NCBI GenBank assembly: GCA_963793105.1
Contig: CAWBZB010000003.1
Coordinates: forward strand, 74,770 to 138,769
DNA: 64,000 bases
Reading direction: 5' to 3'
Source: an uncultured bacterium
GTDB lineage: Bacteria > Actinomycetota > Actinomycetes > S36-B12
Shown: positions 8,650-16,819 of the stretch, in pieces
How positions within the stretch are numbered: position 1 is the stretch's first letter
Layout of the letters: every line of letters starts with the position of its first letter
Made by a program: the position numbers and the translations under genes
The notes under the pieces: generated by a model
Told to the model about the DNA's origin: nothing
What the model saw: only the letters and a program-made list of their open reading frames with translations
Databases searched by the model: none

Positions 8650-9786
8650 ATGGGTCGCACCGTGACGAGTAGGGAGCTCTACGACGAGATCGAGCAGGGG
8701 ACGATCCCGCTGCTCCTCGACGTGCGGAACCAGGACGAGTTCGCGGCCTGGCAGGTCGAGGGAGTCCGTCCCGTCGAGACTCGCAACGTGCCGATCTGGA
8801 TGGCGGTCGAGGGAATCGAGGACCTCGCTCAGGAGGTGCCGGACAACACGGTGGTGATCTGTGCCCACGGGAACGGCAGCGATCTGCTCCTGGACATGCT
8901 CGCCGATGAGGGCAAGCACGTGCGCAACCTCGAGGGCGGCACCCAGGCCTGGGCGGCGCTCCTCGTGCCTCGCGCCCTGCCGGGCTTGCCGACCGGCATG
9001 GTGGGGTGGCAGGTACAGCGCCCGTCGAAGGCCTGCCTGTCCTACGTGATCGGCGTACCGGGCCACAACGCGATCGTCGTCGACCCCGCGCGATTCCCGC
9101 AGCCCTACATCGACCTCGCGGCCAGCGAGGGCATGACGATCACCCATGTGATCGATACCCATGTCCATGCGGACCACATCACCGGTGGCCCGGAGCTCGC
9201 GGAGCGCACCGGGGCGACCTATCACGTGCCCATCGAGGACACCGGCAGGACGCCAACCCCGTTCGCCAACGAGCCCCTTCCCGACGGCGCCGAGATCGAC
9301 CTCGGCGACGCGAAGGTGCACATCCTGTCCATCAAGATGCCAGGGCACACCCCCGGATCGACGTGCATCAACCTGCCGGGCAGCTTCCTGCTGACCGGCG
9401 ACACCGTGTTCGTGCGCGGCGTCGGCCGACCGGACCTGACCGGCAAGGCGGAGGAGCTCGCCCGGGAGCTCTTCCACACCGTCCACGATCGGCTGCGGCC
9501 GCTGGACCCGGCGACGATGATCCTTCCCGCCCACTGGTCGTTCGACGACGAAATCGGACCCGATGGGCTCGTGCGCACGGATCTCCAGTCTGTGTTCTCG
9601 TCGACCTTGCTCAACGAGGAGGACATGGTCACCTTCGTCAAGGAGATCGTGACATCGCTCCCGAGCGCACCGGATACCTACGACACCATCCGGCTCGTCA
9701 ACTCCGGCCGGCAGACGGCCACTGCCGATGAGCTGGAGTTCCTGGAGATCGGCAAGAACCAGTGCGCCGCCTCCACGACAACGTAG
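8650..9786 (+). CDS. rhodanese domain fused to MBL-fold hydrolase (persulfide dioxygenase-like, Blh/CstB-type)
   Basis: In-frame ATG at 8650 within ORF 7777..9786, preceded by GGAGG. The N-terminal rhodanese domain has an active-site-like loop, ICAHGNGS. It is followed by an MBL domain with THVHADHITGG. The ORF part upstream of 8650 is antisense to dsrE/tusA. Confidence 0.8.
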   Translation: MGRTVTSRELYDEIEQGTIPLLLDVRNQDEFAAWQVEGVRPVETRNVPIWMAVEGIEDLAQEVPDNTVVICAHGNGSDLLLDMLADEGKHVRNLEGGTQAWAALLVPRALPGLPTGMVGWQVQRPSKACLSYVIGVPGHNAIVVDPARFPQPYIDLAASEGMTITHVIDTHVHADHITGGPELAERTGATYHVPIEDTGRTPTPFANEPLPDGAEIDLGDAKVHILSIKMPGHTPGSTCINLPGSFLLTGDTVFVRGVGRPDLTGKAEELARELFHTVHDRLRPLDPATMILPAHWSFDDEIGPDGLVRTDLQSVFSSTLLNEEDMVTFVKEIVTSLPSAPDTYDTIRLVNSGRQTATADELEFLEIGKNQCAASTTT

Positions 9787-9853
9787 AGCGGCGAGGCGGA
9801 CCGTCCGACGTGACCCCGTAGTGTGACCAGACACCCAGCAGTCAGGAGAGCGC

Positions 9854-10213
9854 ATGGACCGGCAGACGTCCGCCGAGCTCTACGAACTGCATGCCCGGAT
9901 CTGCAAGGCCATTGCCGATCCCAAACGCCTCCTCATCATCTCCGAGCTCCGGGGTGGCCCGATGACCGTGGGCGATCTCTCGGAATCCCTCGAGATCAGC
10001 CAGTCCAACACCAGCCAGCACCTGGCGGTCCTGCGTGACCGCGGCATCGTCACGGCCCAGAAGGATGGGCTCAACGTCTACTACCGCCTGTCGAGCAAGA
10101 AGGTCCTCCGTGCGATCGACCTGCTGCGCGAGTTCATGGTCGAGCAGATCGGCGACCAGAGCAGGCTGGGTCGGGCCGCCACGCGCGAGAAGCCCGCGCC
10201 GGCGCGCCGCTAG
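9854..10213 (+). CDS. ArsR/SmtB family transcriptional regulator
   Basis: 119-aa ORF with a winged-HTH (VGDLSESLEISQSNTSQHLAVLRDRGIV) and an AGGAGAG RBS. It has a single Cys (C17, ARICKAI). Confidence 0.85.
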   Translation: MDRQTSAELYELHARICKAIADPKRLLIISELRGGPMTVGDLSESLEISQSNTSQHLAVLRDRGIVTAQKDGLNVYYRLSSKKVLRAIDLLREFMVEQIGDQSRLGRAATREKPAPARR

Positions 10214-10437
10214 CCAGACCCCCCACTAGGCGGAACGCGCGTGGGACCACCGAGAGGGTGCCGGTGGGTGCGTAGCCGTAGGTCGCCCTCGAGGCACTCC
10301 GGCGTGTCTTGCCGACTCCGGTTCACGGCGCCTCCTGACGCAGGAACCGGCCCGAATCCGGGGCCGATCCAAGGCGCTCACGGACGCCAAAAGGGGGATA
10401 ATTGAGTTGGAGGGACCGGAAGAAGGAGGTGTCTCAG

Positions 10438-11241
10438 ATGATGACGATGACTTCCCACAGCAGCTTCGGCCCAACCGGAACGGCACCCGCCCCAGCATCC
10501 TCAGGAATGGCACTCTTTGCGATGCCGGTGCATGCCCCGGCGACCGGACTGACGTCACCACCGACTCCGACCGCACCACAACACCATGTTGAGCATCGCG
10601 GCTGGATCTATGCGGCGATCGCCCTGATCGCTGCCGCACTGGTTCTCGGAGGAATGGCCGCGTACCAGTACGTCACTACCCAAGACACGACCCCGGCGAC
10701 GACCGCGGTTTCGGCCATCCCGGCCGAATACGCCGGCGTCAGCCTGCCGCAAGCCATGCGACTGGCCGACCAGGCCGCCCTCGCGGCCACCATCCCGGCC
10801 GAATACGCCGGCGTCAGCCTGCCGCAAGCCATGCGACTGGCCGACCAGGCCGCCCTCGCGGCCACCATCCCGGCCGAATACGCCGGCGTCAGCCTGCCGC
10901 AAGCCATGCGACTGGCCGACCAGGCCGCCCTCGCGGCCACCATCCCGGCCGAATACGCCGGCGTCAGCCTGCCGCAAGCCATGCGACTGGCCGACCAGGC
11001 CGCCCTCGCGGCCACCATCCCGGCCGAATACGCCGGCGTCAGCCTGCCGCAAGCCATGCGACTGGCCGACCAGGCCGCCCTCGCGGCCACCATCCCGGCC
11101 GAATACGCCGGCGTCAGCCTGCCGCAAGCCATGCGACTGGCCGACCAGGCCGCCCTCGCGGCCACCATCCCGGCCGAATACGCCGGCGTCAGCCTGCCGC
11201 AAGCCATGCGACTGGCCGACCTGGCCGCCGCGAACCAGTGA
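10438..11241 (+). CDS. single-pass membrane protein with 25-aa tandem repeats (unknown function)
   Basis: ATG at 10438 preceded by GAAGGAGG, in frame within ORF 10402..11241. The protein has a Pro/Thr-rich N-terminus, one TM helix (WIYAAIALIAAALVLGGMAAY), then 7 copies of IPAEYAGVSLPQAMRLADQAALAAT. No family recognised. Confidence 0.6.
   Translation: MMTMTSHSSFGPTGTAPAPASSGMALFAMPVHAPATGLTSPPTPTAPQHHVEHRGWIYAAIALIAAALVLGGMAAYQYVTTQDTTPATTAVSAIPAEYAGVSLPQAMRLADQAALAATIPAEYAGVSLPQAMRLADQAALAATIPAEYAGVSLPQAMRLADQAALAATIPAEYAGVSLPQAMRLADQAALAATIPAEYAGVSLPQAMRLADQAALAATIPAEYAGVSLPQAMRLADQAALAATIPAEYAGVSLPQAMRLADLAAANQ
10717..11229. repeat. tandem repeat, 75-bp unit, about 6.8 copies; six complete copies identical
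   Basis: Units start at 10717, 10792, 10867, 10942, 11017, 11092 and 11167. The first six are base-identical by eye, and the last diverges from 11222. The period is 25 codons, so the frame is preserved. Confidence 0.95.
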
Positions 11242-11581
11242 AGCGAAGGGAGTGATGCCGACTTCGGAGTCCGGTTACTCCGCAAGGGAAAGGTGCAATT
11301 CCAAACCTGTGGCCCCCGGCGCGATGCCGAGGGCCACGTATGTGCTCACTGCCGGTGAGCTCGGTTGACGTCGGATTCCTTGGTGAGCGCACACTCACGA
11401 AGGCGACGATCTCGAGTGTCCGCGGCACGCCGGTCAACGCCTCACCAACGGCCATCAAACGTTCACCGGGTCGCCCGCTCGCGGCACCCGGGACTCCATC
11501 TGGCCCGCCTACCGTCGCGATCACTTCGTCGTTCTGCGAAGCAACCGAGCACCGATCTTCCACCTTGAGAGGACCAACCAC

Positions 11582-12862
11582 GTGCGACAGCAACGACTTC
11601 TGACAGCGGGCCTGGCCACCGCCATGATCGCCCTGAGCGCCGGGGCCGCGGTCGCCGCGACCGGCAGCGAGACCGGACCCATGGGCTTCACTCCCATCGC
11701 CGGGTCCGCCGGCTACACCGGCGGCACGAGCGGGACCTGGAACCAGGCCGCGCCCTGGAACATCCCGGACGGCTTCAGCCAGGAACTCGTCTCGGGCGAG
11801 CTCACCGACCGCTGCGGCGGCGAGGGCCTGAACGTGTACGGCGGCGGCCTCGATGACTGGCACGACATGAACACCGTCAACGAGACGGGAGCCAAGGCAG
11901 GGCGCTACCTGTACCGCACCCACGAAGTCCGCCTCGCGAACCCCGGATCCGACAGCACCTACCCGGCCGGCGGCGCCGTTACGGTCGTCGACCTCGAGAC
12001 CTGCGACGCCAGGGTGATCGCGCAGGATGCGACGTGGACCGCTCTTGACGGCATCCGCTGGACCCCGTGGGGCACGGTCCTGTTCGCCGAGGAGACCACT
12101 GACGGCCGCCTGTTCGAACTGGTCCTGGACAAGAAGGACCCCATGTCCGGCACCGCAGTCGAGCGGCCGGCACTCGGGCTGCTCGCCCACGAGGGCATCG
12201 AGGTCGGGGCCGACGGCTCGGTCTACGTCATCGACGAGTACCTCGGTCAGACGAACGGCGTAGGCGGCGGCATCTACCGCTTCGTGCCCGACCGGCGAGG
12301 CGACCTCACGTCCGGAAGCCTCTACGCCCTCAAGGTCGACGGCGCCGACGGCGTCGGGCAGGGTTCATGGGTCGGCCCGATCGACTCCGCGACCGCACGC
12401 ACGTCCGGCACGGCGGCGGGCGGAACCGGCTACGAGCGACCCGAGGACCTCGAGCTCATCGGGAACGTGCTCTACGTCGCCGTCACCGCGGGCCAGGGGT
12501 ACGACGGCCGGGTGCTGGCCATCGACCTGTCCAGCCTCGCCGTGACCGACTATGTGAAGCCCGGCGTCAACATCCCGCTGGAACTCGATGGCACCCAGAC
12601 CGGACTGGACAACCCAGACAACCTCGCCGAAGGTCCCGATGGGCGCCTCTGGATCGTCGAGGACAACGTGCCGTCGGACATCTGGGTGGCGCAGGGCCGC
12701 GGTGGCGTGGCCACGTCCGTCGACCTCTTCGCGACGCTGACCGACCCCGGCGCCGAGGGCACGGGCATCTACTTCGGCAAGGACCCGAAGACGCTGTTCG
12801 TGAACGTCCAGCACTCGTCCGCCTCTGACGGCGACGGGACCTGGGCGATCTCCGCACGCTGA
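11582..12862 (+). CDS. secreted DUF839/PhoX-like beta-propeller protein
   Basis: 426-aa ORF with a GTG start. Signal peptide MRQQRLLTAGLATAMIALSAGAAVAA. Motifs DNPDNLAEGPDGRLWIVEDN and YERPEDLE, as in DUF839/PhoX-like proteins. Confidence 0.7.
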   Translation: MRQQRLLTAGLATAMIALSAGAAVAATGSETGPMGFTPIAGSAGYTGGTSGTWNQAAPWNIPDGFSQELVSGELTDRCGGEGLNVYGGGLDDWHDMNTVNETGAKAGRYLYRTHEVRLANPGSDSTYPAGGAVTVVDLETCDARVIAQDATWTALDGIRWTPWGTVLFAEETTDGRLFELVLDKKDPMSGTAVERPALGLLAHEGIEVGADGSVYVIDEYLGQTNGVGGGIYRFVPDRRGDLTSGSLYALKVDGADGVGQGSWVGPIDSATARTSGTAAGGTGYERPEDLELIGNVLYVAVTAGQGYDGRVLAIDLSSLAVTDYVKPGVNIPLELDGTQTGLDNPDNLAEGPDGRLWIVEDNVPSDIWVAQGRGGVATSVDLFATLTDPGAEGTGIYFGKDPKTLFVNVQHSSASDGDGTWAISAR

Positions 12863-12891
12863 TCAACCCGCACGCAGCACCGCACCGCCCG

Positions 12892-12927
12892 ACGTGGGGG
12901 CCGGACCGAAAGGGCCGGTCCCCACGT
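12892..12927 (+). terminator. stem-loop terminator candidate downstream of DUF839 gene
   Basis: A 16-bp stem with one mismatch and one G-U (ACGTGGGGGCCGGACC / GGGCCGGTCCCCACGT) around a GAAA tetraloop, 30 nt after the stop. The T-tract is weak (TCT). Confidence 0.55.
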
Positions 12928-13059
12928 TCTGTCTGCGGATGCCTTCGGTGCGGTAGGCACATCAGGCGGGGTGCCCACGCATGACAAAGCCCGCCGACAG
13001 CAGCCCTGCAGGCTCCCGTGGCGGGCACATGTCAGCGTCCAAGTGCTGGAACGCTCTTG

Positions 13060-13427
13060 TGGAGGTGCCGGGAATCGAACCCGGGTCCGTGCAGGCCCAT
13101 TCCGTTCTTCTACGTGTGTAGCCACGCTGTCGCTTCTCGGCCCCCGCGCTTCGTGTGGCACTGCGCGGTGACGGCCCAGTCACTGTTTGGTGTTCCGCCC
13201 GCTCCCGTGACCGGAGCGTTTGGTGAGTCCCCTAGCGACGCCAGACCCCGACTCGGGGACGCATCGGGCTGGCGGCTGATCTATGAACTACGCCGCGAGG
13301 GCGAAGTTCTCAGCGGTCTGCTTGTTTTCGGCAGTTGTTGTTTTCCAAGGATTCTTAACGAGATCACCCTGGATTCTCGACACGCTTCTCCGGTCAAGAC
13401 ATCTGAACGTCGAAACCGTTCACCCCC
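13060..13427 (-). ncRNA. ssrA: transfer-messenger RNA (tmRNA, SsrA)
   Basis: Minus-strand 5' GGGGGTGAACGGTTTCGACG pairs with the 3' ...GGTTCGATTCCCGGCACCTCCA (tRNA-like acceptor/T-arm). The internal tag ORF GCC GAA AAC AAG CAG ACC GCT GAG AAC TTC GCC CTC GCG GCG TAG encodes AENKQTAENFALAA. smpB is nearby on the same strand. CCA is not encoded. Confidence 0.9.
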
Positions 13428-13558
13428 TGTTGAATTGTGAATCTGCGCACAGCCGAAGCCGCTACATCAGGATACGCCGACCCGGACCCAGCCCCAAACG
13501 ACGTCGGGGCCGGGAACCAGTCCCGACCCCGACGATCCCGCCTGGAACAGGCGATCGG

Positions 13559-14071
13559 CTAGCGGATGGTGATGTTGGCGAACCTCGCCTTGCCGACCCA
13601 CGTGCGCAACCCGACCATCGTCCCCGAGGGAGTCGGGTACCCACACGCGTTGCCCGCAATCGCCTGGGACAGGCTCGGAAGGTCGAACAACCGCTCGCCA
13701 TCGATGGTGGCGTACAGGGTGTCGCCCTGCGCGGCTACCACGATCTTGTGCGACCCGTAGATCGACAGACCGGCCGGCATCTGCGTCGAGGCGATCGGCG
13801 TCGAGCACTCCTTGCCGCCGTACCACTGGCGGACCAGGAACCGGTTCCCGAAGCCCGGGTCGTACTGGAACGTGAGGCCCGACACGTCGGCAGCATTTCC
13901 CGTGGCCGTGGCTCGGAACCAGACGCCATAGCCCTTTCCGGACTGAAGGTTGGCATCTGCCGCCAGAACCATGTCCTGGGAGTCGAACTGACGGGTGGAG
14001 AACACTCTTGTCTCGCCGCCGTTGTCGAGGGCGACCACCTGGTCGTAGATGCTCGCCGAGCCCCGCATCAC
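13559..14071 (-). CDS. hypothetical protein, beta-sandwich (concanavalin-like/DUF1080-like?) domain only, no signal peptide
   Basis: 170-aa ORF (GTG-ATG start) with beta-rich sequence (GYGVWFRATATGN..., ...GKARFANITIR). Family assignment is tentative. The domain appears to begin right at the ORF start, in the same frame as and 55 nt after the upstream gene's TGA. Confidence 0.4.
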   Translation of the reverse strand: MMRGSASIYDQVVALDNGGETRVFSTRQFDSQDMVLAADANLQSGKGYGVWFRATATGNAADVSGLTFQYDPGFGNRFLVRQWYGGKECSTPIASTQMPAGLSIYGSHKIVVAAQGDTLYATIDGERLFDLPSLSQAIAGNACGYPTPSGTMVGLRTWVGKARFANITIR

Positions 14072-14125
14072 CGTCCAGTCGGGCGCCGGGCGTATGGACC
14101 GCGACAGCTTCCCGCGCCGCCGTCG

Positions 14126-14566
14126 TCAGGTCCCTCGTAGGAGTCTGGCCATGCGCGTGATCGAGGTGTTGAAGCCCTGCCGGGCGGCGGCCCCCACCGG
14201 CTTGGCAAGGAACTGCGGCAGGACCGGTACCCGGATGTCCTCGATCCACTCCAGGCGCGAGCTCGTCTCACTGATGGGGGTGACCGACAGGTGCACCAAG
14301 CCCGTGAGCACGGGGCCCACCTTCGTGATGCGCACGGTCATGGCCTCCGGATCGAGCTCGTCGACCCGCATGCGATCGGGCAGGGCCAGCGGGCCGATGC
14401 CCGACGTGGCCACGAACTCCGTCCCAGGGCCGCCGTCTCCTTCGAGCACCTCCACCCGGGTGAGGGGGACCCAGTCGGCATGCCCCTTCCAGTCGATCAG
14501 CTCGTCGAAGACCACGCGCGCAGGCAGCGGCAGGTCACGAACGACCGTGAAGTAGACGCTCGCCAT
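14126..14566 (-). CDS. SRPBCC (polyketide cyclase/dehydrase-like) family protein
   Basis: The internal ATG at 14566 of ORF 14126..14650 gives a 146-aa protein, MASVYFTVVRDLPLPARVVFDELIDWKGHADWVP..., a typical SRPBCC N-terminus. Confidence 0.7.
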   Translation of the reverse strand: MASVYFTVVRDLPLPARVVFDELIDWKGHADWVPLTRVEVLEGDGGPGTEFVATSGIGPLALPDRMRVDELDPEAMTVRITKVGPVLTGLVHLSVTPISETSSRLEWIEDIRVPVLPQFLAKPVGAAARQGFNTSITRMARLLRGT

Positions 14567-14789
14567 CGAAGTCACCTCTCGCAGATCCGCCCGGCCCGGT
14601 GCCCGATGGGGGCACGACTGAACACTCGCACGTCCGCGACGAGTTGGCACTCCGAGGTCCCCAGACCGATGCCTCGTCAGACGTGGCGGGTTCGGGATCC
14701 CTCAAGACCGCCACAAGTGACGACGCATCGGTCTGGGGCGCGGCGCGACCCGGGCAACGGGTGGGGACGACTGGGAGGAGGCGGTGGGG

Positions 14790-15071
14790 CTAGGCGGAGT
14801 GGGCGTGATGCCGGCGGCGCATCCACAGCGCCAGGCCCGCCAGCGCGACGGAGCCCACGGCCCACGGCACGAGGGTCATCGGTCCGGAGCCGTCAGCCAC
14901 CGGCGGCACCGAGCCGAACAGGGTCACCTGGGTCCCGGACTGGTTGCGGCCCACGGCCATGACGCTGACCCCGGGCTGGGCGCCACCGAGTTTCGCGGGG
15001 TCCAGGGCGACGCTGAGGGCACCCGCGGTGTCGGCCCGGGCGACCACGGGCTGGTCGGAGCCGATGCGCAC
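14790..15071 (-). pseudogene. C-terminal fragment of a membrane-anchored/surface protein (remnant)
   Basis: The minus frame reads ...VRIGSDQPVVARADTAGALSVALDPAKLGGAQPGVSVMAVGRNQSGTQVTLFGSVPPVADGSGPMTLVPWAVGSVALAGLALWMRRRHHAHSA*. That is a beta-rich segment followed by a hydrophobic helix and a basic tail. There is no N-terminal signal, and upstream it runs into antisense of a receiver domain. Confidence 0.3.
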
Positions 15072-15398
15072 CTCGCGCTCGAGGCCATCGGCGGCTACAC
15101 GGTCCTCCTCAGCGACTCCGGCGCCGACGGCCTCAGACGTGCCTCGGCAGAGCAGCCTGACCTCATCCTGCTGGACGTGATGATGCCGGGCATCGACGGG
15201 CCTACCGTCCTCGTCACCCTGCGCGCAGATCCGGATACGGCGAGCATTCCGGTGATCTTCATGACCGCGAAGGTCCAGCCCGCCGAGGTCGAGCACTTCA
15301 CGTCCCTGGGCGCCCTCGGCGTCATCGCCAAGCCGTTCGACCCCATGACGCTCGCGGACGCCGTACGCCGGCTCTGGGACGGCCGACCCGCAGCCTGA
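15051..15398 (+). pseudogene. response-regulator receiver domain lacking its N-terminal strand/acidic pocket (5'-truncated remnant)
   Basis: Clear REC motifs are present: PDLILLDVMMPGIDG (phospho-Asp), IPVIFMTAK and AKPF. The usual ...ILVVDD start is replaced by GLVGAD. There is no in-frame ATG/GTG/TTG between 14784 and the domain, and no alternative frame supplies the missing N-terminus. Confidence 0.55.
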
Positions 15399-15405
15399 CG
15401 TCGGG

Positions 15406-15882
15406 TCAGTCCCGACCCTTGGTTCGGCGCCCGAGGGCGCGATCGGCCTCGCGCTTGGACTCCCGCTCGGCGATGGCCTGGCGCTTGTCATAGCTCTTGC
15501 GACCCCGCGCGACCGCGATCTCGACCTTCGCGTAGCCGTCCTGGAAGTACATCGCCAGCGGTATGAGGGTGACGCCCGACTCCTTCACCTTGTTGGTGAT
15601 CCGACGAACCTCCTCCCGGTTGAGCAGCAGCTTGCGGGCCCGCCGAGGCTCGTGGTTCGTCCACGTTCCCTGCGTGTACTCGGGTATGTGCACACCCCTG
15701 AGCCAGACCTCGCCATCATCCACGGTGGCGAAACCGTCGGTGAGGGTCGCCCGCCCCGCCCGCAGGGACTTGACCTCCGTGCCGGTGAGGACCATCCCTG
15801 CCTCGTACACGTCGTCGATGGAGTAGTCGTGGCGGGCCTTCTTGTTCTGGGAGATGAACGTGCGCCCCTTCTCACGCGCCAT
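15406..15882 (-). CDS. smpB: SsrA-binding protein SmpB
   Basis: 158-aa ORF, ...[32 protein letters not shown]..., a canonical SmpB. Confidence 0.95.
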   Translation of the reverse strand: MAREKGRTFISQNKKARHDYSIDDVYEAGMVLTGTEVKSLRAGRATLTDGFATVDDGEVWLRGVHIPEYTQGTWTNHEPRRARKLLLNREEVRRITNKVKESGVTLIPLAMYFQDGYAKVEIAVARGRKSYDKRQAIAERESKREADRALGRRTKGRD

Positions 15883-16819
15883 GGACCTGCTCCTTCACCG
15901 GAGTCCGGTGGCGATCGTGCTTCATGGTGTCCACGCGCTGGGCGCTCCAGCCGAGGATCAGCAGCACGGCCCCGAAGCCGGCGGCCACCATGAACCACAG
16001 GAAAGCGTAGATGTCTATCGAGGCGCCGATGGGCGGACCGTTCGGCAGGTAGCTACGCATGGCAGGCAGCGCGAAGAGCAGCGCGGCGGACCAGGAGAGC
16101 AGTGCGGCCTCGGCCGGCCGACGACCGGATTCGACGAGCATGCCCACGGCCAGAGCCAGCAGGGCGAGGACCCCGGCGATGGTGAGGATCACGAGGGCGA
16201 ACACCTGGGTGGAGAAGGCCCGGCTGTAGGAGATGGAGGCGAGTCCCCGGCTGGTCATCCCATCGCTGAGGTTGAAGTCCGTGTCCCAGCCGTTGACCCC
16301 GCCCTCCGCTTGGAGGCCGACCGGAATCGCACCGGACGAGACGATCGCGCCGTCGGAATCCTTCTCATATCCGTCCGCCGAGACGAAGGCGAGGCCGTCG
16401 TGCTCGTCGAAGGGGTAGTTCGCCTGCTCGCCGTCCAGCGCGACCTCGGCCTCAGCCTGCCCGAGCACCGTGCCTGCCGGGTACTTGAACTCCGCGAGGC
16501 CCTGACCCGTCGCGATCGTCACCCGGAGGTTCCGCGTCAAGCGGGTGTCGGAGCCGACGAAACCGTTCCCCTGTGGGGCGAAGGAGAAGTGCATGCGACC
16601 CAGGTTGCGCGTGGCATCGACGGAGACCGGCTGCATCGTCACGAGCAGGCCGCTCTCCGTCGAGAGCGCGACGCCACCGGTCACGGTGCTGCCGCCCTCG
16701 ACGTTGTAGAACCGCACGACGAGGACGAACGCCGCCACGAACACCAACGCCAGGACCGCGAGCACGATCCGGCCTCGACGCGTCCGCGGCAGTGGGTCGA
16801 TCGCCCCCAGAGTGCTCAC
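15872..16819 (-). CDS. membrane protein with extracytoplasmic domain flanked by TM segments (DUF4436-like, tentative)
   Basis: GTG at 16819 overlaps the ftsX TGA (GTGA), giving a 315-aa protein, [31 protein letters not shown]... The 3' end overlaps the smpB start by 11 nt. The 33 codons upstream of this GTG lie inside ftsX. Confidence 0.65.
   Translation of the reverse strand: MSTLGAIDPLPRTRRGRIVLAVLALVFVAAFVLVVRFYNVEGGSTVTGGVALSTESGLLVTMQPVSVDATRNLGRMHFSFAPQGNGFVGSDTRLTRNLRVTIATGQGLAEFKYPAGTVLGQAEAEVALDGEQANYPFDEHDGLAFVSADGYEKDSDGAIVSSGAIPVGLQAEGGVNGWDTDFNLSDGMTSRGLASISYSRAFSTQVFALVILTIAGVLALLALAVGMLVESGRRPAEAALLSWSAALLFALPAMRSYLPNGPPIGASIDIYAFLWFMVAAGFGAVLLILGWSAQRVDTMKHDRHRTPVKEQVHGA

Noticed and set aside
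10555-11285. Two minus-strand ORFs (215 and 225 aa) with their own perfect repeats
   Set aside because: They are open only because the 75-bp repeat lacks stops in those frames. They have no start context, no N-terminal non-repeat domain and an Arg/Gly-rich composition. The plus-strand frame has an RBS, a TM helix and sensible sequence.
11242-11581. Possible cobalamin riboswitch in the 340-nt leader of the DUF839 gene (AAGGGAAAGGTGCAATTCC resembles the GGGAA..GGTG.AA..CC core)
   Set aside because: The downstream consensus elements are not recognisable in the right order. These are CCCGC..CTGT, the GCCACTG B12 box and GAGCCAGGA.ACC. The downstream gene also has no obvious B12 link. A covariance-model scan (Rfam RF00174 and all other families) of 11242-11581 would settle it. 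The leader remains unexplained.
10214-13059. Genomic island integrated at the 3' end of ssrA (a classical tmRNA integration hotspot)
   Set aside because: I saw no integrase or recombinase gene, no duplicated copy of the ssrA 3' end and no obvious compositional shift. The idea is not excluded but has no support. An exact-match search of the last about 20-40 nt of ssrA across 10-13 kb would test it.
14069-14128. SRPBCC gene and the downstream beta-sandwich ORF share a reading frame separated by one TGA (possible read-through or selenocysteine fusion)
   Set aside because: Sharing a frame has a one-in-three chance. The 18 intervening codons (RRRGKLSRSIRPAPDWT) are not domain-like. I saw no SECIS-like hairpin right after the TGA, and there is no functional logic for the fusion.
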